Origin: Candidatus Omnitrophota bacterium
GTDB lineage: Bacteria; Omnitrophota; Gorgyraeia; Duberdicusellales; 4484-171
Direction: 5' to 3'
Length of the DNA stretch: 32,000 nt
Assembly (NCBI GenBank): GCA_021735045.1
Contig: JAIPHU010000001.1
Span: 30,001 to 62,000, forward strand
Part shown: positions 19,393 to 28,101 of the stretch, piece after piece
Numbering within the stretch: position 1 is the first letter of the stretch
Layout: every line of letters begins with the position of its first letter
Made by a program: the position numbers and the translations under genes
Notes under the pieces: generated by a model
Told to the model about the DNA's origin: nothing
The model's input: only the letters and a program-made list of their open reading frames with translations
Databases searched by the model: none

Positions 19393-19707
19393 ATGAGTTT
19401 AAGAATTAAAAAAGGCGATAAAGTAATAGTTACCTCTGGTAAAAGCAAAGGTAAAAAAGGAAGGGTTTTAAGGTTTTTTCCCGATGAGAATAAAGTAGTA
19501 GTTGAAGGAGCGAACTTAGTTAAAAAGCATAAAAAAAAGAAGTCTGAGTCAGAACCGGGCGGATTTCAAGAAGTTCCTCTACCACTTCATCTTTCATCGG
19601 TGCAGTTGTTTTGCTCGAATTGCAACAGAGGAGTAAAAACTAAAATAGAAATAGCTAAAGATAAAACTAAAACAAGAGTTTGTAAAAAATGTCAGAAAAC
19701 AGTTTAA
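19393..19707 (+). CDS. rplX: 50S ribosomal protein L24 (four-Cys, Zn-ribbon-like C-terminus)
   Basis: KKGDKVIVTSGKSKGKKGRV is a KOW motif. The C-terminus carries CSNC...(21 aa)...CKKC. Confidence 0.95.
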   Translation: MSLRIKKGDKVIVTSGKSKGKKGRVLRFFPDENKVVVEGANLVKKHKKKKSESEPGGFQEVPLPLHLSSVQLFCSNCNRGVKTKIEIAKDKTKTRVCKKCQKTV

Positions 19708-20264
19708 AAAATTATATTCCCAGATTACTTAAGGTGTATAGAGAAGAGATTGTACCGGAGCTAAAGAAAAAACAAAATCATGCCAATCTTTATTCTGTGC
19801 CACGTTTAGTTAAAATTGTAGTAAATATGGGAGTTGGAGAAGCTACAGCTGATTCTAAGCTGATTGAAAGTGTTTCTGAGCAGTTAGGCACAATTACTGG
19901 TCAGAAGCCTAAAATTTGTCGAGCTCGCAAAGCTATATCTAACTTTAAACTTAGGCAAGGAGTAGCAATAGGTTGTTGTGTAACTTTGCGTAAAGCTATG
20001 ATGTATGATTTTTTTGATCGTCTGATTACTGTAGCTATCCCGCGAATTCGTGATTTCAGAGGACTTTCACCTAATTCCTTTGATGGATCTGGAAACTATA
20101 ACTTCGGGTTAGTAGAACAGGGAATATTTCCAGAGATAAATTTAGATAAGATAACTAGGACCCAGGGGATGAACATTTCGATACATACAACAGCTAGCTC
20201 TGACAATGAAGCTAGAGAACTATTAGAAGCTTTTGGGTTTCCTTTTAGGAGGAGAAATGGCTAA
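19689..20264 (+). CDS. rplE: 50S ribosomal protein L5
   Basis: [16 protein letters not shown] and [21 protein letters not shown] motifs. Overlaps the rplX end by 19 nt. No obvious RBS. Confidence 0.94.
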   Translation: MSENSLKNYIPRLLKVYREEIVPELKKKQNHANLYSVPRLVKIVVNMGVGEATADSKLIESVSEQLGTITGQKPKICRARKAISNFKLRQGVAIGCCVTLRKAMMYDFFDRLITVAIPRIRDFRGLSPNSFDGSGNYNFGLVEQGIFPEINLDKITRTQGMNISIHTTASSDNEARELLEAFGFPFRRRNG

Positions 20265-20451
20265 AAAATCAAAAGTCCAAAAATGGTTAAGGGATAAAGA
20301 AAATCCTAAGTTTTCTACTCGTTACAGGAATAGATGCAGACGATGTGGAAGGCCTCGGGGTTATATTAGAGATTTTGAGCTTTGCCGAATTTGTTTTCGA
20401 GAATTAGCTTGGCAGGGGTTAATTCCAGGAGTTAAAAAAGCAAGCTGGTAA
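20257..20451 (+). CDS. rpsN: 30S ribosomal protein S14, short Zn-ribbon (type Z) form
   Basis: [10 protein letters not shown]... with CRRCGRPRG...CRICFRE (CxxC...CxxC), 64 aa. RBS AGGAGG. ATG 20257 rather than the track start at 20233. Confidence 0.94.
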   Translation: MAKKSKVQKWLRDKENPKFSTRYRNRCRRCGRPRGYIRDFELCRICFRELAWQGLIPGVKKASW

Positions 20452-20493
20452 AACACAGATACACACAGATGAGATATAGATATACACAGATAG
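20452..20493 (+). repeat. Direct CACAGAT / AGAT word array in the rpsN-rpsH spacer
   Basis: aacacagat|acacacagat|gagatatagat|atacacagat|ag. cacagat occurs at 20454, 20464 and 20485. It is the same word as in the 14019-14096 spacer. Confidence 0.75.
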
Positions 20494-20518
20494 AAAAAAT
20501 ATAAAAAAAGGAAGGACG

Positions 20519-20914
20519 ATGAGTAGAACTGATTTAATCGCAGATGCATTTACAATAATAAGGAACGCTACCAGGGCTAATAAAGAAGAAGCTTTTATAC
20601 CTTACTCTAATAGTTTATCTAAGATATGCGAGATATTAAAAGATAATGAATATATTGCTAACTTTAAAGAAGCAGAAACTAAAAGTTTTAAACAAATAAA
20701 AGTGTATCTTAGCTATGATGGGAAGAAAAGTTCAATAACTCAAATCAAAAGAGTTTCTCGGCCATCGCGACGTATTTACAAGAAAAAAGATGATAATCTT
20801 TCAGTCTTAGGGGGGTATGGGTTGGCGATAATTTCTACATCTAGCGGAATAATTACTGGTATTCAAGCTAAAACAAAAGGTTTAGGCGGAGAACTAATCG
20901 GGATGGTTTGGTAA
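20519..20914 (+). CDS. rpsH: 30S ribosomal protein S8
   Basis: 131 aa. DLIADAFTIIRNA... and the C-terminal GGELIGMVW are typical of S8. Confidence 0.96.
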   Translation: MSRTDLIADAFTIIRNATRANKEEAFIPYSNSLSKICEILKDNEYIANFKEAETKSFKQIKVYLSYDGKKSSITQIKRVSRPSRRIYKKKDDNLSVLGGYGLAIISTSSGIITGIQAKTKGLGGELIGMVW

Positions 20915-20928
20915 TATAAGGATAAAAA

Positions 20929-21468
20929 ATGTCAAGAATAGGAAAACAAAAAATTACTATTGCAAAAGAAGTAAAAGCTGAAGTTAAAGGTCAAAATATT
21001 GTTGTTAAGGGGCCAAAGGGAAGTTTGAGTTTTGATTTTAATTGTCTTATTGAACTAAAAATCGAAGATAATCTTATCTCAGTAGAAAGAAAAAACAACA
21101 CAAAGGAAGCTAAAAGTTTACATGGAACTACAAGGGCGATTATTGCAAATATGGTCAAAGGGGTAGTTGAGGGGTATAAAAAAGAACTGGAAATTATTGG
21201 TGTTGGTTATAAAGCTCAAATGAAAGGTAAGAATCTTGATTTAAATATAGGTTTTTCTCATCCGATTGAATTTTCTGTACCAGAAGGATTAAAGGTTTCA
21301 ACACCATCTAATACCCGAATAGCAATTGAGGGAATAGATAAACAACAGGTAGGTCAGTTTGCAGCTAAAGTACGGAGAGTATATCCTCCGGAACCTTATA
21401 AGGGTAAAGGAATTAGATATTTAGGCGAAGAAGTTCGAAAGAAAATCGGAAAAGCATTAGCTAAATAA
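20929..21468 (+). CDS. rplF: 50S ribosomal protein L6
   Basis: MSRIGKQKITI..., ELEIIGVGYKA and PEPYKGKGIRY motifs. Confidence 0.97.
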   Translation: MSRIGKQKITIAKEVKAEVKGQNIVVKGPKGSLSFDFNCLIELKIEDNLISVERKNNTKEAKSLHGTTRAIIANMVKGVVEGYKKELEIIGVGYKAQMKGKNLDLNIGFSHPIEFSVPEGLKVSTPSNTRIAIEGIDKQQVGQFAAKVRRVYPPEPYKGKGIRYLGEEVRKKIGKALAK

Positions 21469-21486
21469 GGATAAAGAATAAGAGAG

Positions 21487-21840
21487 ATGAAAAAACAAGC
21501 TAGAGCATACAGGCATAAGAGAATATTAAAAAAGATTCAGGGTACTGCTCAAAGGCCACGTCTTGTGGTTTTCCGGAGTCGTAAGCATATTTATACCCAG
21601 TTGGTAGACGATAAAAGCCAAAAGGTTATTGCCGGTGTATCTACTTTATCTGCAGAGTTTAAGAAAAATAATAGCAAAACAGCAAATAAAGAAGCTGCTA
21701 AAGAAGTCGGGAAACTTATTGCCCAATTAGCAAAGTCTAAGAAGGTAAATACAGTTTGTTTTGACCGCGGCGGATATAAGTTTCACGGCCGAATAAAGAA
21801 TTTAGCAGATGGTGCAAGGCAAGGAGGGTTGAAGTTTTAA
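21487..21840 (+). CDS. rplR: 50S ribosomal protein L18
   Basis: [20 protein letters not shown] and [20 protein letters not shown] motifs. Confidence 0.97.
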   Translation: MKKQARAYRHKRILKKIQGTAQRPRLVVFRSRKHIYTQLVDDKSQKVIAGVSTLSAEFKKNNSKTANKEAAKEVGKLIAQLAKSKKVNTVCFDRGGYKFHGRIKNLADGARQGGLKF

Positions 21841-22304
21841 TGCAGAAAAAAACAGTGAAAAACAAAAAAGAAGAAAAAGCTTTTATCGAGAAAGTTTTAT
21901 TTATTAATCGAACTACTAAAGTAACAAAGGGTGGTAAAAATCTTTCCTTTTCTGCTTTGGTTGTCGTGGGAGACGGTATAGATAGGGCTGGTTATGCAGT
22001 GGGAAAGGCTAATGAAGTTGCTAGTGCAATTCGAAAAGGGATAAATAAGGCTAAAAAAGAGACAGTTAAGGTAAAACAGAAAGGGACAACTATTCCTCAT
22101 GAAATTATTGGCAAGTTTGGTTCGATGCGGATACTTTTTAAATCTGCTTCTCGTGGTACAGGGGTTATTGCTTGTGGTCCGATTCGAGCTGTTTGTGAGT
22201 GTGCGGGGATAAAAGATATTTTAACAAAAAATATTGGTAATTCTACAAATCCGGTTAATGTAGTCAAGGCTACTTTTGAAGCCTTTAGGAACCTAAAAGG
22301 TTGA
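21840..22304 (+). CDS. rpsE: 30S ribosomal protein S5
   Basis: [24 protein letters not shown] motif, 154 aa. TAATG overlap with rplR. Confidence 0.96.
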   Translation: MQKKTVKNKKEEKAFIEKVLFINRTTKVTKGGKNLSFSALVVVGDGIDRAGYAVGKANEVASAIRKGINKAKKETVKVKQKGTTIPHEIIGKFGSMRILFKSASRGTGVIACGPIRAVCECAGIKDILTKNIGNSTNPVNVVKATFEAFRNLKG

Positions 22305-22305
22305 T

Positions 22306-22761
22306 ATGGATTTATCAGATATAAAAATAGTAACTAAAAATAAAAAAGCAAAACGGCGTGGCAGGGGAACTGGTTCTGGTTTGGGAAAGACTTCTGGACG
22401 AGGCCATAAAGGTGCTGGGCAAAGAAAAGGAAAAAAAACTCCTTATATTGGTTTTTCTGGAGGAAATATCCCTTTTTTCCGGCAACTCCCCAAAAGAGGC
22501 TTTACTGCTAGAAATGCAAAAAAATATCAAATAGTAAATTTAGTTACCATTGACCAAAGAGCCAAAGGTAATACTGAGTTGAACCCGGAAATAATGGAGA
22601 AACTTAATTTAATTAAAGATAAAAATAAATTAGTTAAGGTTTTAGCTAATAAAGGCGATAAGTTTAGTTTAAAGATAACTATTAAGGCGGATAAGATTTC
22701 TAAGAAAGCAAAAGAAATTATTGAATCAAACGGAGGGGTTTTTGAGTGTTTAAAGCGGTAG
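22306..22761 (+). CDS. rplO: 50S ribosomal protein L15
   Basis: RRGRGTGSGLGKTSGRGHKG is the L15 signature. It starts 1 nt after the rpsE stop, leaving no room for rpmD. Confidence 0.96.
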   Translation: MDLSDIKIVTKNKKAKRRGRGTGSGLGKTSGRGHKGAGQRKGKKTPYIGFSGGNIPFFRQLPKRGFTARNAKKYQIVNLVTIDQRAKGNTELNPEIMEKLNLIKDKNKLVKVLANKGDKFSLKITIKADKISKKAKEIIESNGGVFECLKR

Positions 22762-24101
22762 CCAACGTTTTTAAACTACCTGATTTAAGAAAGAAGGTTT
22801 TAATTACCCTTTCCTTGCTAATAGTATATCGAGCTGGATGTTTTATTCCCACTCCGGGGGTTAATACAGCTGCTCTTTCTCAGTTTTTTGCAGAAGTTGC
22901 TAAAAATCAAGGCCAAACTATCTTTGGAATGCTTAACCTATTTACTGGCGGCGCATTGACGAAGTTAAGTATTTTTGCTTTAGGGGTTATGCCTTACATA
23001 TCAGCTTCAATTATTATGCAGTTGCTACAGAATGTGGTTCCGGCCCTAGAAAGGATTGCTAAAGAAGGCAAGGCTGGCTACGAAAAAATTAATCAATACA
23101 CTAGATACTTGACGTTAGCTTTGTGTTGTGTCCAAGGTCTTTTCTTATCTTTTTGGCTTTCAAATCCTGCTAATTTTAGAGGACATTTGATTGTTCCCGA
23201 GCCGGGACTTTTGTTTAATTTTACCACGGTAATTACTCTAGCTTGTGGAACGATTTTTATTATGTGGTTAGGAGAGCAGATTCAAGAAAGAGGTATTGGT
23301 AACGGGATTTCAATTATTATTACCGCTAGTATAATGTCTCGTATTCCTTCATCGGTTAATCAACTTTGGCGGCTTTGGTCTCCGATGGATCCGGCAAATC
23401 AACAAATATCAACTCCGGTTGTAATTGCTTTAGTTGCTGTTTGGGTTTTTATGATTGCTGCTGTAGTTTTATTTACTCAGGGTCAGCGGAGAATTCCAAT
23501 TCAATATGGGAGAAGAGTAGTCGGACGTAAGATGTATGGTGGCCAAAGCACATATTTGCCAATAAAGATAGATATGGCAGGGGTTATTGCAATTATATTT
23601 GCTTCTGCGGTTATTTCGTTTCCAGCGACATTGGCTATGTTTTTACCTAAAGATATAAAAATTGTTCAGTTTTTACAAACTGTAATCCAGCAAAGAGGCC
23701 TTTGGTATAATTTGATATTAGTGGGGCTTATTGTCTTTTTTATGTATTTTTATACAGCAATGGTTTTTCATCCTTTAGAAATTGCAAATAATTTAAAGCG
23801 TTATGGCGGTTTTGTTCCTGGGGTAAGGCCGGGTAGGCCTACCGCTAACTATCTTGATTATGTTGCAACTCGTATTGTGTTTGTTGGAGCTATATATATT
23901 AGTATTATTGCAATTTTTCCAAATATTATTATGGAAATTTTCCGGGTACCTTCTTATCAGTTAGCTTCGCTTTTTGGCGGCACAACACTTTTGATTATGG
24001 TCGCGGTTATACTCGACACAATGAAGCAAATTGAGGGACAACTCATGACTCGTCATTACGATGGCTTTATTAAAGGAAGTCCTCTAAAGGGGAGAAGATA
24101 A
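22746..24101 (+). CDS. secY: Preprotein translocase subunit SecY
   Basis: 451 aa and polytopic, with SIFALGVMPYISASIIMQLL and GTIFIMWLGEQI motifs. GTG start with an upstream GGAGG, overlapping the rplO end by 16 nt. Confidence 0.96.
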   Translation: MFKAVANVFKLPDLRKKVLITLSLLIVYRAGCFIPTPGVNTAALSQFFAEVAKNQGQTIFGMLNLFTGGALTKLSIFALGVMPYISASIIMQLLQNVVPALERIAKEGKAGYEKINQYTRYLTLALCCVQGLFLSFWLSNPANFRGHLIVPEPGLLFNFTTVITLACGTIFIMWLGEQIQERGIGNGISIIITASIMSRIPSSVNQLWRLWSPMDPANQQISTPVVIALVAVWVFMIAAVVLFTQGQRRIPIQYGRRVVGRKMYGGQSTYLPIKIDMAGVIAIIFASAVISFPATLAMFLPKDIKIVQFLQTVIQQRGLWYNLILVGLIVFFMYFYTAMVFHPLEIANNLKRYGGFVPGVRPGRPTANYLDYVATRIVFVGAIYISIIAIFPNIIMEIFRVPSYQLASLFGGTTLLIMVAVILDTMKQIEGQLMTRHYDGFIKGSPLKGRR

Positions 24102-24743
24102 ATGAAAATTATACTTTTTGGAGCACCTGGTTCAGGTAAAGGGACTCAAGCAGATATGTTGGCTAAAGAATTTGATCTGGAAAAAATATCTTTAGGAGAT
24201 ATTTTACGCCAAGAAGTCAAAAAAGAGTCAGATCTAGGTAGGGAAGTTAAACAATACATGGACAAAGGAGAGCTTGTGCCCGATAGCACTGTAAAAGATG
24301 TAATCGATGCAAATTTAGCAGAGGATAATTTTATCCTCGACGGGTATCCTCGGAATGGCCAACAAGCGCAAACATTAAATGATATTTTGAAAAAAAGAGA
24401 TAGCTCAATAGACGCTTTTATTTATTTAGATGTTAGCCAAGAAACTATAGTTGATAGGCTTAGTAAAAGGAGAGTATGTAAAAAATGTGGAGCTAACTAT
24501 CATCTTAACACAATGCCGCCAAAAGAAGATAATATTTGTGATCAATGTAGTGCTGAGTTAGTTCAAAGGGATGATGATACCCCTGAAGTGATAAAAAAAA
24601 GATGGAATGTATTTTTAGCCAATAGCAAGGAAGTCTTTGATTTTTATAAGAAAAAAAATGTTTTTATATCTGTTGATGGCGACCAAGATAAAGAAAAGGT
24701 ATTTGAACAAGTAAAAGAAAAGCTAGAGGCAAGAGAACAATAA
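24102..24743 (+). CDS. adk: Adenylate kinase (Cys4 zinc lid)
   Basis: GAPGSGKGTQ P-loop, and a lid with CKKCG...CDQC. The ATG directly abuts the secY stop. Confidence 0.96.
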   Translation: MKIILFGAPGSGKGTQADMLAKEFDLEKISLGDILRQEVKKESDLGREVKQYMDKGELVPDSTVKDVIDANLAEDNFILDGYPRNGQQAQTLNDILKKRDSSIDAFIYLDVSQETIVDRLSKRRVCKKCGANYHLNTMPPKEDNICDQCSAELVQRDDDTPEVIKKRWNVFLANSKEVFDFYKKKNVFISVDGDQDKEKVFEQVKEKLEAREQ

Positions 24744-24748
24744 AATGT

Positions 24749-24797
24749 ATTCATTTATCTGCCGAAGGCAGATCCTGCCCGAAGGGCAGCAATGAAT
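24749..24797 (+). promoter_or_regulatory. Three-way-junction-like RNA element: outer stem enclosing two GC hairpins with GAA loops
   Basis: The outer stem attcatt (24749-55) pairs with aatgaat (24791-97). It encloses ctgcc-gaa-ggcag (24759-71) and ctgccc-gaa-gggcag (24775-89). Confidence 0.6.
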
Positions 24798-24878
24798 CCA
24801 TCAGTAATTGAGAATAGTTATTAAGTTTATTAAGATTATCGATTGGTATGTTGTTAAATAAAGTACGGAGATTACAAG

Positions 24879-24992
24879 ATGAAAGTTAAAAGTTCGGTAA
24901 AAAGAGTTTGTAATAAATGTAAATTAATAAAAAGGAAAGGAGTTGTAAGGGTGATTTGTAAAAACCCTAAGCATAAGCAACGGCAAGGATAG
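24879..24992 (+). CDS. rpmJ: 50S ribosomal protein L36 (absent from the ORF track)
   Basis: ATG 24879 translates to [37 protein letters not shown], 37 aa, with the CxxC...C...H zinc motif of L36. GGAG lies 8 nt upstream. Confidence 0.95.
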   Translation: MKVKSSVKRVCNKCKLIKRKGVVRVICKNPKHKQRQG

Positions 24993-25002
24993 TTGGCAAA
25001 GA

Positions 25003-25030
25003 GCATAGTGCATAGCGCTAGGCGTTAACA
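25003..25030 (+). repeat. Short heptamer array in the rpmJ-rpsM spacer
   Basis: gcatagt|gcatagc|gctaggc|gttaaca, followed directly by the rpsM RBS ggaggat. Confidence 0.5.
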
Positions 25031-25046
25031 GGAGGATGAGATAAAT

Positions 25047-25415
25047 ATGCCAAGGATTTTAGGGGTAGATATCCCAAAAGATAAAAAAATAAAGATTTCT
25101 TTGCGTTATATCTATGGAGTTGGGCCTAAAAAAGCTGAAGAAATTTTAGATAATACCGGAATTGACCCGGAAAGAAAAGCTGGGGATCTTAAGGATGAAG
25201 AGGCTTCCCAGCTTGCTAAATATATTCAGTCAAACTATACTGTAGAAGGTGAACTAAGACGTCAAACTTCTCAAGATATTAGAAGGTTGATTGAAATTAA
25301 ATCTTATAAGGGGATGCGGCACAAAAAAGGTTTACCAGTTAGAGGCCAACGTACTCGCTGTAATGCTCGAACAAAAAAAGGGCCTAAATCTCGAGTTGGT
25401 GGACAAAAGAGATAA
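25047..25415 (+). CDS. rpsM: 30S ribosomal protein S13
   Basis: MPRILGVDIP..., LRYIYGVG and YKGMRHKKGLPVRGQRT motifs. Confidence 0.97.
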   Translation: MPRILGVDIPKDKKIKISLRYIYGVGPKKAEEILDNTGIDPERKAGDLKDEEASQLAKYIQSNYTVEGELRRQTSQDIRRLIEIKSYKGMRHKKGLPVRGQRTRCNARTKKGPKSRVGGQKR

Positions 25416-25492
25416 AAATATTTTTTATAAAATTATTTAAGTTAATATAAATTTATCGATACTTATCAAAATCTATTAAGTGAGGAAAAAAT

Positions 25493-25891
25493 ATGGCCAA
25501 GAAACCAAAAAGAAAAGAAAGAAAAAAGAAGAGAGTTCAACTTCAGTCTTCAGCTGGAGTAGCTAGGATAAAAGCTACTTTTAATAATACAATCGTTTCA
25601 ATAACAGATTTAGGCGGAAATGTTTTAGCCTGGAAGTCGGCTGGAGGAATAGGATTTAAAGGTGCACGTAAGTCAACACCTTATGCAGCTCAAATAGCTT
25701 CGTTAGAAGTTGCTAAGGCAACTAAGGCTATGGGCCTAAGAGAAGTTGATGTTATGATTAAAGGGCCGGGGCCAGGCCGTGAGGCAGCCATCAGAGCTCT
25801 TTCAGCTGCAGGTTTAAATGTAGGGCGAGTTAAAGTGGCAAGTCCTGCTCCACATAATGGATGTAGGTTGAAAAAGAAGAGAAGAGTCTGA
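25493..25891 (+). CDS. rpsK: 30S ribosomal protein S11
   Basis: [18 protein letters not shown] and [13 protein letters not shown] motifs. Confidence 0.97.
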   Translation: MAKKPKRKERKKKRVQLQSSAGVARIKATFNNTIVSITDLGGNVLAWKSAGGIGFKGARKSTPYAAQIASLEVAKATKAMGLREVDVMIKGPGPGREAAIRALSAAGLNVGRVKVASPAPHNGCRLKKKRRV

Positions 25892-25908
25892 ATATAAGAA
25901 TAAAGTAG

Positions 25909-25929
25909 GGGCGAAGCTTGTCTTCGCCC
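25909..25929 (+). promoter_or_regulatory. GC-rich hairpin immediately upstream of rpsD
   Basis: gggcgaag (25909-16), loop cttgt, cttcgccc (25922-29): a perfect 8-bp stem. No U-tract follows. The rpsD RBS AGGAG is 11 nt downstream. Confidence 0.6.
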
Positions 25930-25950
25930 GATAAAATAATAGGAGAAAAT

Positions 25951-26580
25951 ATGGCAAGAGATTTAAGACCAAAATGTAAACTGTGTCGAAGAGCAGGAAT
26001 GAAGTTATTCCTAAAAGGAGTCAGGTGTTTAACTGAAAAATGTGCTGTAGCTAAAAGACCAACTCCCCCTGGGATGCAAAGAAGGCAGAGATCTAAACCT
26101 TCTTATTATGCCCTACAGTTACGGGAAAAGCAAAAAGCAAAGAATATTTATGGCTTACTTGAACGTCAATTTAGAAGATTTTTTGAAATTGCGCATAAAT
26201 CTGAAGGAGCTACCGGACAAATTTTGGTTCAGCAGCTTGAAAGAAGATTAGATAATATAGTTTTTAGGTCGCTTTTTGCATTATCGCGGTCTCAAGCCAG
26301 GCAATTAGTCCGTCATGGGTTTGTTTTTATTGATAATCGGAGGGTTGATATTCCTTCATTTTTGGTTAAAAAAGATCAAGTGGTTGAATTTAGAATAGAT
26401 GAAGGGGTAAAAAATTTAATAAAAGAAAATATTCAAATAAGTGAAAAAGAAAAAAGCGTGCCGGAATGGATTAGTGTTGATAATCAAAACTATAAAATTA
26501 CAATAAAAAGACTTCCTACTAAGGAAGATCTTACTATACCTATACAAGAACAGTTGATCGTTGAGCTTTATTCTAAATAA
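25951..26580 (+). CDS. rpsD: 30S ribosomal protein S4 (N-terminal Cys4 motif)
   Basis: MARDLRPKCKLCRRAGMKLFLKGVRCLTEKC..., with YALQLREKQK and LERRLDNIVFR motifs. ATG 25951 has RBS AGGAG. The track start at TTG 25918 lies inside the hairpin and is rejected. Confidence 0.94.
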   Translation: MARDLRPKCKLCRRAGMKLFLKGVRCLTEKCAVAKRPTPPGMQRRQRSKPSYYALQLREKQKAKNIYGLLERQFRRFFEIAHKSEGATGQILVQQLERRLDNIVFRSLFALSRSQARQLVRHGFVFIDNRRVDIPSFLVKKDQVVEFRIDEGVKNLIKENIQISEKEKSVPEWISVDNQNYKITIKRLPTKEDLTIPIQEQLIVELYSK

Positions 26581-26607
26581 TTGCATTTTTAATGGGAGGA
26601 AAAAATT

Positions 26608-27594
26608 ATGGGGATAAGTTGGAGAGATTTTCAATTTCCAAAAAGAATAACCGTTGATCAAGATAGTTACAGTCCAACCTATGGTAAATTTATAGCAGAT
26701 CCTTTGGAAAGAGGTTATGGGGTAACCCTTGGTAATTCATTGCGGCGCGTTCTTCTTTCCTCGATAGAGGGTTCTGCAGTTACATCAATCAATATTAAAG
26801 AGGCTCAGCATGAGTTCTCCCCTATAGAGGGAGTTTTAGAAGACTTACCGGAAATTATCTTGAATATAAAAGGGCTTACTTTGCGCGCTTATTCTCGGTC
26901 ACCGAAGAAAATTTATGTAAAAGCTGAAGGCGAAAAAAATATCAAGGCCAGAGATATTGTTACAGATGAAACAATAGAAATAGTGAATCCTGATCATCAT
27001 ATTGCTACAATTACTGATCCTGGGAAAAAATTGAATATTGAAATGGAAGTAGGCCGTGGCCGCGGTTTTGTTCCAGCTGAAGCTAATAAACGAGAAGATA
27101 TGCCAATTGGAGTTGTTGCTATTGATTCGATTTTTACTCCTGTAAAGAGAGTAGCGTTTAAGGTTGAAAATACTAGAGTTGGAAAAAGGACAGATTATGA
27201 TAAATTGATTTTGGAAATTTTTACCGATGCTAGCATTGAGCCTAAAGAAGCTTTGATTTACGCTTCAAAGGTTTTAAATAAACATCTTGAGCTTTTCTTT
27301 ACTTTAGGTGAATTACCGGAAGAAGACTATGAGGAGCTTACTCCAGAAGAAATTTCTTTATATGAGAAGCTTAAACTGCCAGTTTCTGAGTTGGAACTTT
27401 CAGTAAGAAGTGCTAACTGCCTACGAGAAGCCAATATTAAAACTTTAGCAGAGTTGGTAACAAAAACAGAACCGGAAATATTAGCTTATCGTAATTTTGG
27501 AAAAAAATCTTTAAATGAAGTTGAAGCTCTCTTAAAAACAATGGGGCTTTCTTTTGGCATGAATATTGATGAAGAAAAAATGAAAAAGGTATAA
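26608..27594 (+). CDS. rpoA: DNA-directed RNA polymerase subunit alpha
   Basis: 328 aa. PLERGYGVTLGNSLRRVLLSSIEG, and C-terminal domain ELELSVRSANCL...NFGKKSLNEV. Confidence 0.97.
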   Translation: MGISWRDFQFPKRITVDQDSYSPTYGKFIADPLERGYGVTLGNSLRRVLLSSIEGSAVTSINIKEAQHEFSPIEGVLEDLPEIILNIKGLTLRAYSRSPKKIYVKAEGEKNIKARDIVTDETIEIVNPDHHIATITDPGKKLNIEMEVGRGRGFVPAEANKREDMPIGVVAIDSIFTPVKRVAFKVENTRVGKRTDYDKLILEIFTDASIEPKEALIYASKVLNKHLELFFTLGELPEEDYEELTPEEISLYEKLKLPVSELELSVRSANCLREANIKTLAELVTKTEPEILAYRNFGKKSLNEVEALLKTMGLSFGMNIDEEKMKKV

Positions 27595-27597
27595 AAT

Positions 27598-28095
27598 ATG
27601 CGACATAAGAAAAAAGGAAACAAACTATCACGTTCCCGGGCCCAAAGGAAAGCGTTGCTTAAATCTTTACTTAGGTCAATAATTATTAGCGAAAAGATTA
27701 AAACTACTACCCCAAAAGCAAAAGTAGTTAAGCCTCAAATTGATAAAATTATTGGCTTGGCAAAAAAGAATAATCTTTCTGCTCGGCGTCAAGCTTTTAA
27801 AATTATTGGTGATCATTCTTTAGTCAAAAAACTTTTTAATCAGATTGGGCCTCGTTTTAATGATGGCCAAGGTGGTTATAGCCGCATTTATAATCTTGGT
27901 TTTAGAAAAAGCGATGGAGCTTCATTGTCTCAGATAGAGCTAACTAAATTAGCAAGCAAAAAGGTTGCCAAAGAAACTACCAAAAAGACTAAAAGTAAAA
28001 CAACAAAAGAAGAGGCTACAGGAAAAAAAGAAACTTCTAAAGAAAAAGGGTTATCTGGGTTAAAAAAGATGTTTAAAAAAGGGAAAAAATCCTAA
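27598..28095 (+). CDS. rplQ: 50S ribosomal protein L17 with a ~45-aa Lys-rich C-terminal tail
   Basis: MRHKKKGNKLSRSRAQRKALL... and GGYSRIY motifs. Residues ~117-165 are a K/T/E-rich tail. Confidence 0.95.
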   Translation: MRHKKKGNKLSRSRAQRKALLKSLLRSIIISEKIKTTTPKAKVVKPQIDKIIGLAKKNNLSARRQAFKIIGDHSLVKKLFNQIGPRFNDGQGGYSRIYNLGFRKSDGASLSQIELTKLASKKVAKETTKKTKSKTTKEEATGKKETSKEKGLSGLKKMFKKGKKS

Positions 28096-28101
28096 ATTTA
28101 T

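Noticed and set aside
3851-22530. Remaining minus-strand ORFs: 3851-4147, 6955-7224, 8051-8284, 8417-8656, 10213-10449, 12520-13325, 13763-13948, 14218-14466, 15132-15335, 15922-16356, 16544-16813, 17048-17257, 18132-18467, 19088-19285, 20361-20549, 21897-22100, 22315-22530. Also those at 26416, 27437, 29061, 30869 and 31176.
   Set aside because: Every one lies antisense to a conserved housekeeping gene, is short, and has an AT-biased or low-complexity composition. They are typical shadow ORFs.
25416-25492. AT-rich rpsM-rpsK spacer as an internal promoter
   Set aside because: I could not find a convincing -35/-10 pair with proper spacing. The composition alone is not evidence.
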